From Lachnospiraceae bacterium (GTDB lineage: Bacteria; Bacillota; Clostridia; Lachnospirales; Lachnospiraceae): a stretch of DNA of 64,000 nucleotides. Positions 35,672-44,453 of this stretch are shown here, one piece after another; the stretch's first letter is position 1; each line of letters begins with the position of its first letter. Location: positions 2,463-66,462 of the forward strand of contig JAGALK010000145.1 in assembly GCA_017625255.1 (NCBI GenBank), given 5' to 3'. Both the position numbers and the translations under genes were made by a program. A model generated the notes under the pieces. It was not told the origin of the DNA. It saw only the letters and a list, made by a program, of their open reading frames with translations, and ran no database searches.

Positions 35672-37096
35672 CTATCTTGTATTTACATAAAACCAAGCAG
35701 GTCTTGTTTCATCGTTATTGATAATGCCCGAACATCTTAACGCATATTCCGTACAGCCGTCCGGAATAATATAAAATGCCGTATATCCCTGCACCCAGTC
35801 GTTGTTTTCTTTCAATGGTTTGCATATATCGTATGTTTTTGAAGAATACGGCATACCACGATACCTTAATTCTTCGCCACTTAAACTACATAGCTTTATA
35901 TCGACATAGGACCAATTTTCACTTGTATAGCGAACTTCGTAAGTGACAGCTTCAATGTGGCACCCGTCTGGAATTTCCATAGTGGAATATATTTTATTGC
36001 CAGTTTGTGCCTCATATTCTGCAATCAGCTTATTTGTTTCTGCTTCATCGTGGATTTCCAGTACCTTAATATATGCAGGCTCCGTTTTTCCGATTTCTTC
36101 GTTTAATATATCCATATATCCGATACTGCCTACGGGAAGCATTGAATATACAGTGGAAGAATACGCTGTGTTGACATTATCTTCTACTTCTCTTTGTGTA
36201 GATGATGCCGTAAGGGTTTCATTTTCTTTTGCCTCTATCTCTTCTTTTTCTTCCGGGGGATCCGACGGTTTCTCACTCTCCTCTTCTGATGCCGAAACTT
36301 CTTCTGATACATCTTCCGATATGTCTTCCGTTGTGGTTTCTGAAATCTCTTCTGATACTGTTTCGGACGCTTCTTCGCTAATAGGTTCTGAAATTTCCTC
36401 GGAAACATCTTCATTTGCAGAAGGTTCTTCTGTTTTTGTTCCTTCTTCGATATTTACCTCAAAATCTGCTTGTGCAACCTGTGTGACTTCTGATGCCTTA
36501 AATGTACTGCTTATATAGTCAACCATTGCAATACTTTCTTCGTCGTCTGCATGAACAAATCCGGCAAACATCGTCCATTCTTCGCCGTCTTTCTCTATGG
36601 TAATCAGCTTTCCCGTAAAGTCATTATAAAGCGTATTTGTAATAACAACCTGTGCTGTTACTTCAATCGTCGAGGTGTTCCCTTTTTTCTTTAACTTTGC
36701 GTCTTCTGCAACTTCAAACCATATTCCCGACAAGGAATTATTTTGAAATGCCACGGCAGGTTCCGTTTCGGATAAATTGAATGATGTGCCTTTCTTTACA
36801 GCAATTATATAGCGGTTCATATTGAACAATAAATACAAATCCTCACCGTTACAAAAACGATAGGTTTCATAATCCAAGAAGTTAATGGTTTTAGAAATTT
36901 CCATTACCGTCGTTGCAGTATCGCTACTATTTCGGTTTACAGCAAATTCACAGCCGGGAATATCTGTTACCTCTTTAAATAGGTTACTATCAACTTTGGG
37001 TTCTTTTTCGATTTTTCCCAATACAGTCACTATCATTATAACTGCAAGAAGGACTGCACCAGCAATTAGAATTGTTTTTTTTTGCTTTTTATTCAT
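35672..37096 (-). CDS. signal-anchored/secreted protein with acidic Ser/Glu repeat linker (474 aa)
   Basis: Trimmed to ATG 37096. N-terminal KKTILIAGAVLLAVIMIVTVLG; central SEEISEPISEEASETVSEEISETTTEDISEDVSEEVSASEEESE low-complexity tract. Confidence 0.6.
   Translation of the reverse strand: MNKKQKKTILIAGAVLLAVIMIVTVLGKIEKEPKVDSNLFKEVTDIPGCEFAVNRNSSDTATTVMEISKTINFLDYETYRFCNGEDLYLLFNMNRYIIAVKKGTSFNLSETEPAVAFQNNSLSGIWFEVAEDAKLKKKGNTSTIEVTAQVVITNTLYNDFTGKLITIEKDGEEWTMFAGFVHADDEESIAMVDYISSTFKASEVTQVAQADFEVNIEEGTKTEEPSANEDVSEEISEPISEEASETVSEEISETTTEDISEDVSEEVSASEEESEKPSDPPEEKEEIEAKENETLTASSTQREVEDNVNTAYSSTVYSMLPVGSIGYMDILNEEIGKTEPAYIKVLEIHDEAETNKLIAEYEAQTGNKIYSTMEIPDGCHIEAVTYEVRYTSENWSYVDIKLCSLSGEELRYRGMPYSSKTYDICKPLKENNDWVQGYTAFYIIPDGCTEYALRCSGIINNDETRPAWFYVNTR
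36280..36415 (-). repeat. imperfect in-frame tandem repeat encoding an acidic (S/T)-E-E-(I/V)-S-E tract
   Basis: Reiterated ttctgatac / ttctgaaat units on the plus strand. They translate to SEEISEPISEEASETVSEEISETTTEDISEDVSEEVS on the minus strand. Confidence 0.6.
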
Positions 37097-37098
37097 TT

Positions 37099-37509
37099 CT
37101 AACATTTCCCTTCTTTATTCGCTGTTTCCGGTATTATATAAGAAAGTACCTTTTCTTTTCCTCTTTCGCCTTCCTCTATGAAGGCTTCCATTTTCCTTTG
37201 GTTTCGGCTTCTTGCTTTTTTTATATAACGAATAGATGCGTATATCAATAAACATAGCAAACAAAAGCATATAGGTATTATTGCTATAAAACCATTTTTT
37301 TCGTCATAATATAAAATCCACAAAAAGGACAAAAAAATTGCCGGGGAATAAATCAAAGACAAAACAATATTTTTTACCGTAATTTTATCATCGACTAAAC
37401 GAAAGAAAATCATCATAAATAATGAGAATAATAACAGCATTGATATTATCGCTATAATATCAGACATTCTTGCTTCCCGTATAGTATATAATTCTTTTAA
37501 AAATTCCAC
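37099..37509 (-). CDS. polytopic small membrane protein (136 aa)
   Basis: GTG 37509 behind SD aaaggagagagg; 3-4 hydrophobic segments. Confidence 0.5.
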   Translation of the reverse strand: MEFLKELYTIREARMSDIIAIISMLLLFSLFMMIFFRLVDDKITVKNIVLSLIYSPAIFLSFLWILYYDEKNGFIAIIPICFCLLCLLIYASIRYIKKARSRNQRKMEAFIEEGERGKEKVLSYIIPETANKEGKC

Positions 37510-37560
37510 TGATTACCTCTCTCCTTTCATTCTACCTTACATTTTGACTTCTTTAATTAC

Positions 37561-37743
37561 TTATTCTTTTTCCGTATCTTCATGTATTTCTTCATATATT
37601 TTTTCGATACTTCCAAAGTCTGATTTATCAATGTTTTTCAGTTTTTCGGTTAGCGTTAAACCCGTAGAGGTTCCCTTGTTTTTCACAAGGAAACCCTCTA
37701 TTTCTTCAATCATTGCTTCTTTTATGATTTCGCTTTTACTCAC
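37561..37743 (-). CDS. hypothetical acidic protein (60 aa)
   Basis: GTG start only and a weak SD; low support. Confidence 0.3.
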   Translation of the reverse strand: MSKSEIIKEAMIEEIEGFLVKNKGTSTGLTLTEKLKNIDKSDFGSIEKIYEEIHEDTEKE

Positions 37744-39220
37744 TTAACAATTCCAACCTTTCTTCTTCTTCCAAAAAGAAAATATCACTGCTGTTTGCGT
37801 CGTACTGTATCAGCTGACAATTTTCAATGCCCGTTGTAGATTTGTAATAATATATCTTAACCGTATAAGTGCCTGCTTTAAGGTATGGTACTTTTACATA
37901 GATATAATTACGCTTAAATCCGTCTGCATCTTTATAGGTTCCGATAAGGAAGTTATAAGTAACGCCGTCTTCACCGATAACAGATGCTTGTATCTTGGCA
38001 TCTAAATCTCCTGTAATATCTGCATAAAACATCTGATATTGTGCATCTTCTGCAACTACAAATTCCTGCTCGTACAATGTGGTATCTTCAAAGGTTTCAT
38101 CGCCGATAACATTGATTTCAATTACTTCCAGTGATTTCGGGCTGATATTAAGCGTCCATTCGCCAGCTTGTGCCATTGCCAGCGTAATCGTCATTGTATG
38201 TTTACTTTCATTTACTTCCATATCGTACCCGGTGCCGTCCGGTGCTTGCAAATAACCGCCCACCTCAATATTTTGGTCTATGGGATCGGTAATATTTCCA
38301 TATACTACTTCAATTATCATATCTTTGGTAGCCTGCGGAACATTTACACTGTATTGCTGTGAGTAGGAAGCGATTACCTCGCCAATATTTGCATAATAGC
38401 CTTCATTCATATCCTCATTTTCTACTACTTCGCCCTTTTCGTAAGCGTGGTATGCCATAAGTCCCGTTCCATTCACATTGTAATATCCGCTTTTCAGACT
38501 TTCGGGAGTATTGAAACACATATATCCATGCGTAGTGTCGCTTATGTAGTCGCTGTCAAAGTTATATACTTCAAAAGCCCTCATAAAATGCGTATCTGCA
38601 ACAAACGATGCTCTATAAAAATAGGTTCCTGCATAAAACTCAATAATGTAGGGCTGGTCCTGCTCTAATTTCAAGATAATTCCGCTTCCTTCATCTATAA
38701 GTTTTGCTACATCAATACCGCCGACAGTTACAATTCTGATTTCATCGCTTGCTGTTTTTGAAAACAATTCTCTTGCTTCGGAACCTTCGATTGTATCATT
38801 TTTTACGGAAAAGTGATAATATCCGTCGCTTTGTATACTTCCACCATAAATTCCAAAGCTGTAACCAATATCCTCAAATCGTTCCAGCGTGACCGATGTA
38901 AGATTTGCTTCCGCTGATGCGTATGCAATCAATTCTCCCTTGTAATGATCGGGCATCATAAATTCATCATCATAAAAATAAACAATGCGTCCGGTATTGA
39001 TTTTGGTGGTTCGGCTTGTAGCATTACCTTGCGGTAAGTATACTTGCGTAAAACGGGTACCTTCCTTGACATAGTAGACATTCTGCATAATTTCATCTTC
39101 CGTCAGCTGAACCTTTTGCAACTCTTCTACTTTTTCAAAAATCTGTATATCCTTACACCCGGTCAATACCATAGCCAGTGTCATAGTCAATACAGCAAGT
39201 AATATCAGTTTTTTCTTCAT
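37736..39220 (-). CDS. lipoprotein (494 aa)
   Basis: MKKKLILLAVLTMTLAMVLTGCKD is a signal peptide with lipobox LTGC; ATG 39220 with SD aaggaagga. Confidence 0.65.
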   Translation of the reverse strand: MKKKLILLAVLTMTLAMVLTGCKDIQIFEKVEELQKVQLTEDEIMQNVYYVKEGTRFTQVYLPQGNATSRTTKINTGRIVYFYDDEFMMPDHYKGELIAYASAEANLTSVTLERFEDIGYSFGIYGGSIQSDGYYHFSVKNDTIEGSEARELFSKTASDEIRIVTVGGIDVAKLIDEGSGIILKLEQDQPYIIEFYAGTYFYRASFVADTHFMRAFEVYNFDSDYISDTTHGYMCFNTPESLKSGYYNVNGTGLMAYHAYEKGEVVENEDMNEGYYANIGEVIASYSQQYSVNVPQATKDMIIEVVYGNITDPIDQNIEVGGYLQAPDGTGYDMEVNESKHTMTITLAMAQAGEWTLNISPKSLEVIEINVIGDETFEDTTLYEQEFVVAEDAQYQMFYADITGDLDAKIQASVIGEDGVTYNFLIGTYKDADGFKRNYIYVKVPYLKAGTYTVKIYYYKSTTGIENCQLIQYDANSSDIFFLEEEERLELLSE

Positions 39221-39239
39221 TACCTTTTTCCTTCCTTTC

Positions 39240-39413
39240 TTAACTATTATCTCGTGCCTGCTTTAATTCTTCCAGCAATCTTTCCAGTTTCTTTTTTCTT
39301 CGTAATGTCAGAATGATGCGAATTACGAAAAATACAAAAAGTACACCACCTATAACTGCTATCATAGCGGGTACCATATTCGGATTGTTGTCGGGTATAA
39401 TAATCGTCTGCAT
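39240..39413 (-). CDS. small single-TM protein (57 aa)
   Basis: Own translation: MQTIIIPDNNPNMVPAMIAVIGGVLFVFFVIRIILTLRRKKKLERLLEELKQARDNS. SD agaggagaa. Below the track cut-off. Confidence 0.45.
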   Translation of the reverse strand: MQTIIIPDNNPNMVPAMIAVIGGVLFVFFVIRIILTLRRKKKLERLLEELKQARDNS

Positions 39414-39429
39414 AATCTGTTCTCCTCTC

Positions 39430-39606
39430 TTAAATGCCGGGAATTTTTATTCCGAGCCATATTCCAAAGAATAGCCCGACAATAACGGCACCTATACTTA
39501 TTGCTATCATAATTTTTACATTTCTTACAAATTTACCTATGATTTTAAGAAACAGCAATACAATCATTATGATAGGAACTTCAAAGCCTAATATTTCAAA
39601 ATCCAT
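39430..39606 (-). CDS. small two-TM protein (58 aa)
   Basis: Own translation: MDFEILGFEVPIIMIVLLFLKIIGKFVRNVKIMIAISIGAVIVGLFFGIWLGIKIPGI. SD agaggagaa. Confidence 0.45.
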   Translation of the reverse strand: MDFEILGFEVPIIMIVLLFLKIIGKFVRNVKIMIAISIGAVIVGLFFGIWLGIKIPGI

Positions 39607-39619
39607 TGTTTCTCCTCTC

Positions 39620-39781
39620 TTATATGTTTGTAATATCTATACCAAGCCATATCATAAATCCTATGCCAATAATGAATGTTGCAATATTTACTCCTTTTAT
39701 AACTTTTTCATTTTTTATAAAAGGACCAACGACAATCAAGAAGAAAAACCAAACTATTAAAAAAATAATTCGCCCCCACAT
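39620..39781 (-). CDS. small two-TM protein (53 aa)
   Basis: Own translation: MWGRIIFLIVWFFFLIVVGPFIKNEKVIKGVNIATFIIGIGFMIWLGIDITNI. SD aaaggagag. Confidence 0.45.
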   Translation of the reverse strand: MWGRIIFLIVWFFFLIVVGPFIKNEKVIKGVNIATFIIGIGFMIWLGIDITNI

Positions 39782-39798
39782 TCTATATTCTCTCCTTT

Positions 39799-40023
39799 TT
39801 AGGGTTTTACTTGTATTTTTTCGCTTTCTTCTGAACAGGTTGTTTGACTGAACTGATTTAGAAATTCCTCCCGGTCATATATCTTGTCAAACAACATAAT
39901 TCTAAATACTTTTTCATTACTTCTTACAAAATTGATGATTTCTTCTGTTACAATTTCTGTATCAAAAAATTCAATTCTGTATTTATTTATGCAACGCTTA
40001 TCGTGTATTTTTACGACAATCAT
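39799..40023 (-). CDS. hypothetical protein (74 aa)
   Basis: ATG 40023 with SD aaaggag. Confidence 0.5.
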   Translation of the reverse strand: MIVVKIHDKRCINKYRIEFFDTEIVTEEIINFVRSNEKVFRIMLFDKIYDREEFLNQFSQTTCSEESEKIQVKP

Positions 40024-40039
40024 AGTTACTCCTTTAATT

Positions 40040-42244
40040 TCAATTTACTGTAATCCAACAGCTACATTCCTGCTTTAACATCTGTTTCAGTCCGGTATTA
40101 CGCTTTGATTTATCGGCAGTCTGAATTGCTTTTTCTACGGCTCTCTTCTGTCCGAATACAATTACTTCCTGCTTTGCTCTTGTAACCGCAGTATAAAAGA
40201 TATTACGCTTCCTCATTACAGAGTGCATATCGTGCATACAAGTAATTACGCACTTTGCTTCACTACCCTGTGCTTTATGTACGGTATAAGCGTATGCCAA
40301 GTTTAATTCTTCCCCGGCTTCTTCATCGAAGTAATCCCTGCGGTCATTTTCAAACTTTACGCATACAATCTGTTCACCGTCCCTTTTATGAATTGCAGTT
40401 ACTACACCAATATCGCCATTTGCCTGCGTTTCATTGTTCTTTAATTGCATTACCAAATCTCCAGTGCGGAATGTTTTACCGTTTCCTTGATACTCTGTCT
40501 TTGCATCGGGATTAAGGATTTTCTGAATACGGGAGTTTAAGTTATAAACACCTGCGTCATGTTCCTTAAAAGGCGATAACAGCATTACATTTTCCTTGCC
40601 GTGTTCCTTGATTTTTTCCAAGTACATAGCAATCATTTGTTCTTCCATGTCTGCTGTTTCATCGGTTTCATATATCATAAAATCTTCGCCATATTCTAAT
40701 TCATATTTTCCCTCACGAATATTGTGGGAATTACGATACACCAAACTCTGTGCATCTTGGCGATAGATGTTTTTTAATGTAGTTACGGGTAATGCTTCCG
40801 AAGTAATCATATCTCGAAGAACGGCACCTGCGCCAACACTTTGAAGCTGGTCGTCGTCGCCACACAATATGATTTTACACTTCTTTCTGATGCTTGCAAA
40901 CAGCTGGTAAGCTACCCTTGCATCAAGCATACTCATTTCGTCTACTACGACAAGTCCTTCTTCGATTTTATATTCTTCTTCTTCATTTACATCGTTAATC
41001 TGTTCCGTATGAAGTCCTAAACAGCTATGGATTGTAAAAGCGTCCATATTTGTTGTTTCGGTAATCCGTCGGCTTGCCCGTCCGGTGGGTGCTAACAAAG
41101 TGATCTGCGAATTTTTGTTTAATTCCTTAAAAATGTAAACGATAACCTGTATTACGGTTGTCTTTCCGGTTCCCGGCGGTCCAATAATCAAAGAAAGATT
41201 GTTCTGATACGCATTAAGAACTGCTTGCCTTTGTTCTTCCGATAAGGTTATTCTTAATTCATTCTCTGCCTTTTTTATATAGGCATCAATGTCTTCTACG
41301 GTTTTTGACACCTCTTTCCTTGTCAGTCTTGCAATATTTTCAGCAAGTCTTCTTTCGATGCGATAAACTCCGGGACGGTAAATGTACTGTACTCCGTTGT
41401 CAACAAGCATCTTTAAGTGTCCGTCCTTGATAGCCCTTATGGTATATTCGCAAATCTTCTCTCCGGTCATGCTCTTCATTCGCAGAAGAGATAACATTGC
41501 ATTGCCAAAATCCTGCACCGTCATTGATAAACTTCCTGCGGTACGATTTCCGATATAATCTTTCATTCCATTATTTTCATTTTCTGCCAATACATAGTTG
41601 GCACAAATAAAAAAACGGTCATAACTTAACTCATAGGCTTCGGTCTGCGGTCCCAAGCTGTCTGCTACGGGAAAAGTAATTCCCTGCACCATACATAAAC
41701 GGTAAGGCTGTTCCTCAATAATCTTAATTGCCTTATCTTTAAACTTCTGATAGACCTTACTTGCAATCTTCGGAGAGATGCCTTTTTTCCCTAATAACAC
41801 AATGGTTTCTCTGCCAGCGAAATTTTCATCAAACGAAGTCTTGATTTTTTCAATCTTATTCTTTGTAAGCCCTTTTACTTTCAAAAGACAGAAAATATCC
41901 TTTTTCATAACATCTAATGTTTCATCGCCGAACATTTCAACAATGCGCTCTGCGGTCTTCTGTCCGATACCCCTTATAGTACCGCTTGCCAAGTATTCCT
42001 TTATACTCTCTTTTGTCGAAGGCTTTGCAGTGTCATATCCTTCCGTCATTTTAAACTGCTTGCCGTATTTCGGGTGATTTACCCATTCTCCGTAAAATAC
42101 ATATTTTACTTTCTTTGCAATCGGTAACATCGAACCTGTTACGATTACGCTTTTCCCTGTTGCGTGATAAAGGGCGATTGTAACATCGTTTGGCTCACGC
42201 TGGTATATGGTTTTCTCGAATACGCACTCTAACGCTTCTGCCAT
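40040..42244 (-). CDS. RecD2-like SF1 ATP-dependent DNA helicase (RecD/TraA family) with N-terminal HhH region
   Basis: Trimmed to ATG 42244 (SD aagggag). GPPGTGKTT, VVVDEMSML, CGDDDQLQSVGAGAVL, YAYTVHKAQGSE. Consensus promoter plus palindromic box upstream. Confidence 0.85.
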   Translation of the reverse strand: MAEALECVFEKTIYQREPNDVTIALYHATGKSVIVTGSMLPIAKKVKYVFYGEWVNHPKYGKQFKMTEGYDTAKPSTKESIKEYLASGTIRGIGQKTAERIVEMFGDETLDVMKKDIFCLLKVKGLTKNKIEKIKTSFDENFAGRETIVLLGKKGISPKIASKVYQKFKDKAIKIIEEQPYRLCMVQGITFPVADSLGPQTEAYELSYDRFFICANYVLAENENNGMKDYIGNRTAGSLSMTVQDFGNAMLSLLRMKSMTGEKICEYTIRAIKDGHLKMLVDNGVQYIYRPGVYRIERRLAENIARLTRKEVSKTVEDIDAYIKKAENELRITLSEEQRQAVLNAYQNNLSLIIGPPGTGKTTVIQVIVYIFKELNKNSQITLLAPTGRASRRITETTNMDAFTIHSCLGLHTEQINDVNEEEEYKIEEGLVVVDEMSMLDARVAYQLFASIRKKCKIILCGDDDQLQSVGAGAVLRDMITSEALPVTTLKNIYRQDAQSLVYRNSHNIREGKYELEYGEDFMIYETDETADMEEQMIAMYLEKIKEHGKENVMLLSPFKEHDAGVYNLNSRIQKILNPDAKTEYQGNGKTFRTGDLVMQLKNNETQANGDIGVVTAIHKRDGEQIVCVKFENDRRDYFDEEAGEELNLAYAYTVHKAQGSEAKCVITCMHDMHSVMRKRNIFYTAVTRAKQEVIVFGQKRAVEKAIQTADKSKRNTGLKQMLKQECSCWITVN

Positions 42245-42268
42245 ATTTTTCTCCCTTCTTAAATTGCA

Positions 42269-42292
42269 CAGAGTATCATAATGATACCTTGT
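42269..42292 (-). promoter_or_regulatory. 7-1-7 palindromic box 1 (GTATCAT-A-ATGATAC) in the recD2-like 5' UTR
   Basis: Plus strand reads cagaGTATCATaATGATACcttgt. Lies between promoter 42318-42346 and the RBS. Confidence 0.5.
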
Positions 42293-42317
42293 AAAGTCGT
42301 TGTTATTTGTTGGTTCT

Positions 42318-42346
42318 ATTATAGTATAGTACGCTTTTTTATGCAA
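42318..42346 (-). promoter_or_regulatory. consensus promoter of the recD2-like gene
   Basis: TTGCAT 42346-42341, 17 bp, TATAAT 42323-42318. Confidence 0.6.
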
Positions 42347-42379
42347 ATTTTTAGTATTATATACTTATTCTGTAAAAAT

Positions 42380-42408
42380 TTGATTTTCTGCAATCGTCAA
42401 AGTATAAT
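42380..42408 (+). promoter_or_regulatory. promoter of the plus-strand island 42438-43928
   Basis: TTGATT 42380-42385, 17 bp, TATAAT 42403-42408. Confidence 0.6.
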
Positions 42409-42437
42409 ATACATAAATAAAACAAAGGAGAACGGCT

Positions 42438-42842
42438 ATGCGAATACTTTTAAAAGAGCCGGGCAAGCCCGTTGAAATAAAAGAAACTTCTGAACGATAT
42501 ATATCTGATGCTGGACGCTTGTATATCCCCAACGGAGATATAAGGCATTTTATATTATATGGTTCTGTTTGTTTTCTTTTTGACGACGAAGCCTGCTTTA
42601 AAGATTTAGAAAGAAACTTCATTTTGTTCAACCCCCGCCTTATTATTCCCGTACAGGAAATCAGAGGTACCGTTGTGGGTTGCAAATTAAAGCCCATAAA
42701 TCCGTTTGAAGAAATATGGGATTATGAAGTAGATGAATTATCTGATGAAGATATAGAAAATGTTTCGGAAATCTTTTCGATTGAAGATGAAGAAAAGCTG
42801 GAAGAATACATTAAAAAGATTATGAAGGAGATGAATAAATGA
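42438..42842 (+). CDS. hypothetical protein (134 aa)
   Basis: ATG 42438 with SD aaaggag; consensus promoter 42380-42408. Confidence 0.55.
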   Translation: MRILLKEPGKPVEIKETSERYISDAGRLYIPNGDIRHFILYGSVCFLFDDEACFKDLERNFILFNPRLIIPVQEIRGTVVGCKLKPINPFEEIWDYEVDELSDEDIENVSEIFSIEDEEKLEEYIKKIMKEMNK

Positions 42843-43159
42843 AATATGCCCGTATCAATGTGAAGTGCAATTACGAGTTGATTAAGGAAATCAACAGTAT
42901 TTTGCCGTCCTATACCGGACGCATCTATATTAAAGACTTTTTTTCCGAATTAGTTGCTAATGCAAACAAGGTAATGAATTATGCGGAAAGCAAAAACGAT
43001 GAAGATAAGGAAATCGGTACCGAGTTTTACATCATGTGTCCTTTGTCCGTTTATAAGGAAGCAAGAAGTATTATGTGTAAGGTTCCCAAAGATTATTCCG
43101 AACTGTATTTGTTGTTAGAACATATCGCAAAGCTGGACGAAAACAGTTTTGTTTCGTAG
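42839..43159 (+). CDS. hypothetical protein (106 aa)
   Basis: ATGA start/stop overlap with the previous gene. Confidence 0.55.
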   Translation: MKYARINVKCNYELIKEINSILPSYTGRIYIKDFFSELVANANKVMNYAESKNDEDKEIGTEFYIMCPLSVYKEARSIMCKVPKDYSELYLLLEHIAKLDENSFVS

Positions 43160-43171
43160 AAAGGATTATTT

Positions 43172-43564
43172 ATGCGTTTTGTTGATGAAGAAGCTAAACG
43201 GTATTTGGCGAATGTCCGGTCAGCACGGTTAGAGGAACTGATCGAGGAAACCGATGAACTGGATAAAGAAGACCGTAGTGATTTAGAAGTGCTGTATGAT
43301 GAAGTAAATTATCTTGTTGGGCTTTATCTGGAAGACGGCACAGTGCCAAGAGATGAATACTTGGAAGCAAAGAAAATTGTCCGTAAAACGGAAAACGGTA
43401 AAGTAATGCCCCTAAATCCAATTTCCCTAAAACCTCGCTATTCCGAACAGCAGGTTGAAGACGCAAAAGAATTAGTAAACGAAGTGCGTCGATTAAAAAG
43501 ATTAAGTGATACTTTATGTATTAAAATATATTGTGATTGTGAGGAAGATACCGATGAAGGATAA
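43172..43564 (+). CDS. hypothetical protein (130 aa)
   Basis: ATG 43172 with SD aaagga. Confidence 0.55.
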   Translation: MRFVDEEAKRYLANVRSARLEELIEETDELDKEDRSDLEVLYDEVNYLVGLYLEDGTVPRDEYLEAKKIVRKTENGKVMPLNPISLKPRYSEQQVEDAKELVNEVRRLKRLSDTLCIKIYCDCEEDTDEG

Positions 43565-43928
43565 ATATAAATTAGTGAAAGACCTTGAATTTCCTATGGT
43601 AGACTGGGATATGTACGCTTACAACCGTTTGGATTATTGTAGCGGGAAATGGTTTAATAAATGGTTCGTAGTAGCTGGCACCAATGGAAATCAAGAAATT
43701 TCCGGGGAAATGCAGGCATTTAGTGATTTTATGACCGATGTGGTTCTCCCCGGCGGGCATCACGATATTCCCAAGCTGGTAGAAAAATTGTCTTTGGAAG
43801 ATAAAGATATAGACGGAAATCACGATTATATTGTATTTTGTGAAGGCGAAAATGTTAATATTAAGATTTTGCTTACGGATCGTGAGAAAGATTACCACCT
43901 GCGGATATTCTTTTATCCGAAAAGATAA
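43554..43928 (+). CDS. hypothetical protein (124 aa)
   Basis: Trimmed to ATG 43554 (SD gaggaag); 11-nt overlap with the previous gene; bidirectional terminator follows. Confidence 0.5.
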   Translation: MKDKYKLVKDLEFPMVDWDMYAYNRLDYCSGKWFNKWFVVAGTNGNQEISGEMQAFSDFMTDVVLPGGHHDIPKLVEKLSLEDKDIDGNHDYIVFCEGENVNIKILLTDREKDYHLRIFFYPKR

Positions 43929-43947
43929 GAAATGTTTTTGTTTTAAA

Positions 43948-43994
43948 TAAAAAAACCTTCTGCATTGCCCGTCGGCTTTGCAAAAGGTTTTTTC
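43948..43994. terminator. bidirectional terminator between convergent genes
   Basis: AACCTTCTGCA...TGCAAAAGGTT stem with A-run and T-run flanks. Confidence 0.6.
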
Positions 43995-44395
43995 TAATTT
44001 ATGTATTTTATCTCTACTTTGGAGTGGTCGCCGTTTACAGCTTCGAGAGCCTTTTTGTAACTGCGATATAATTCTCCTTCTGCGAGATATATCACTTCTG
44101 CTTTCACACAAGGAGTTCCCCAGAGGTAGTTCCCGTCTTTTTCTATCTTTAATTCAAGCCCATAGGCTTTATAGTCAGACGGTGTGGTTTCCTCTTTTAC
44201 ATTCCACTCCCAACTCATTTTTCCTTCCTCTGCTCTGGCATATTTGCCGTCTTCGGATACTACATATTCAAGACCGACGGCTTCTTCTACCTGTACTTTC
44301 AATTCGGCAATCGCCTCTTCGATTGTGTCGCAGATTTTTTCGTAAATTTCACGAACTGTTCCTTTTATTGTTAATTTTAATTCAACTTTTGCCAT
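43994..44395 (-). CDS. hypothetical protein (133 aa)
   Basis: ATG 44395 behind hairpin-SD element T2. Confidence 0.55.
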   Translation of the reverse strand: MAKVELKLTIKGTVREIYEKICDTIEEAIAELKVQVEEAVGLEYVVSEDGKYARAEEGKMSWEWNVKEETTPSDYKAYGLELKIEKDGNYLWGTPCVKAEVIYLAEGELYRSYKKALEAVNGDHSKVEIKYIN

Positions 44396-44446
44396 TTTAT
44401 TTTACCTTTGCCGTACCACGACGGGTACGGCTTCCTTTCTTTTTTT
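44396..44446 (-). promoter_or_regulatory. hairpin-SD element T2
   Basis: GAAAAAAAGAAAGGAAG-CCGUACC CGUCGU GGUACGG-CAAAGGUAAAAUAAA-AUG; hairpin 44430-44411. Operon-internal (no promoter nearby). Confidence 0.5.
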
Positions 44447-44453
44447 CTTTTTT

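Noticed and set aside
35943-36518. 191-aa Ser-rich plus-strand ORF.
   Set aside because: It is the mirror frame of the acidic SEEISE repeat of the minus-strand gene 35672..37096. It has no SD and is the wrong strand for the operon.
42273-42287. Whether the GTATCAT-N-ATGATAC palindrome is a Fur, LexA (Cheo), NrdR, CodY or Rex box.
   Set aside because: The half-sites differ from TGATAAT (Fur), CGAAC/GTTCG (LexA), and the NrdR, CodY and Rex consensus sequences as I recall them. It is kept as an unassigned operator instead.
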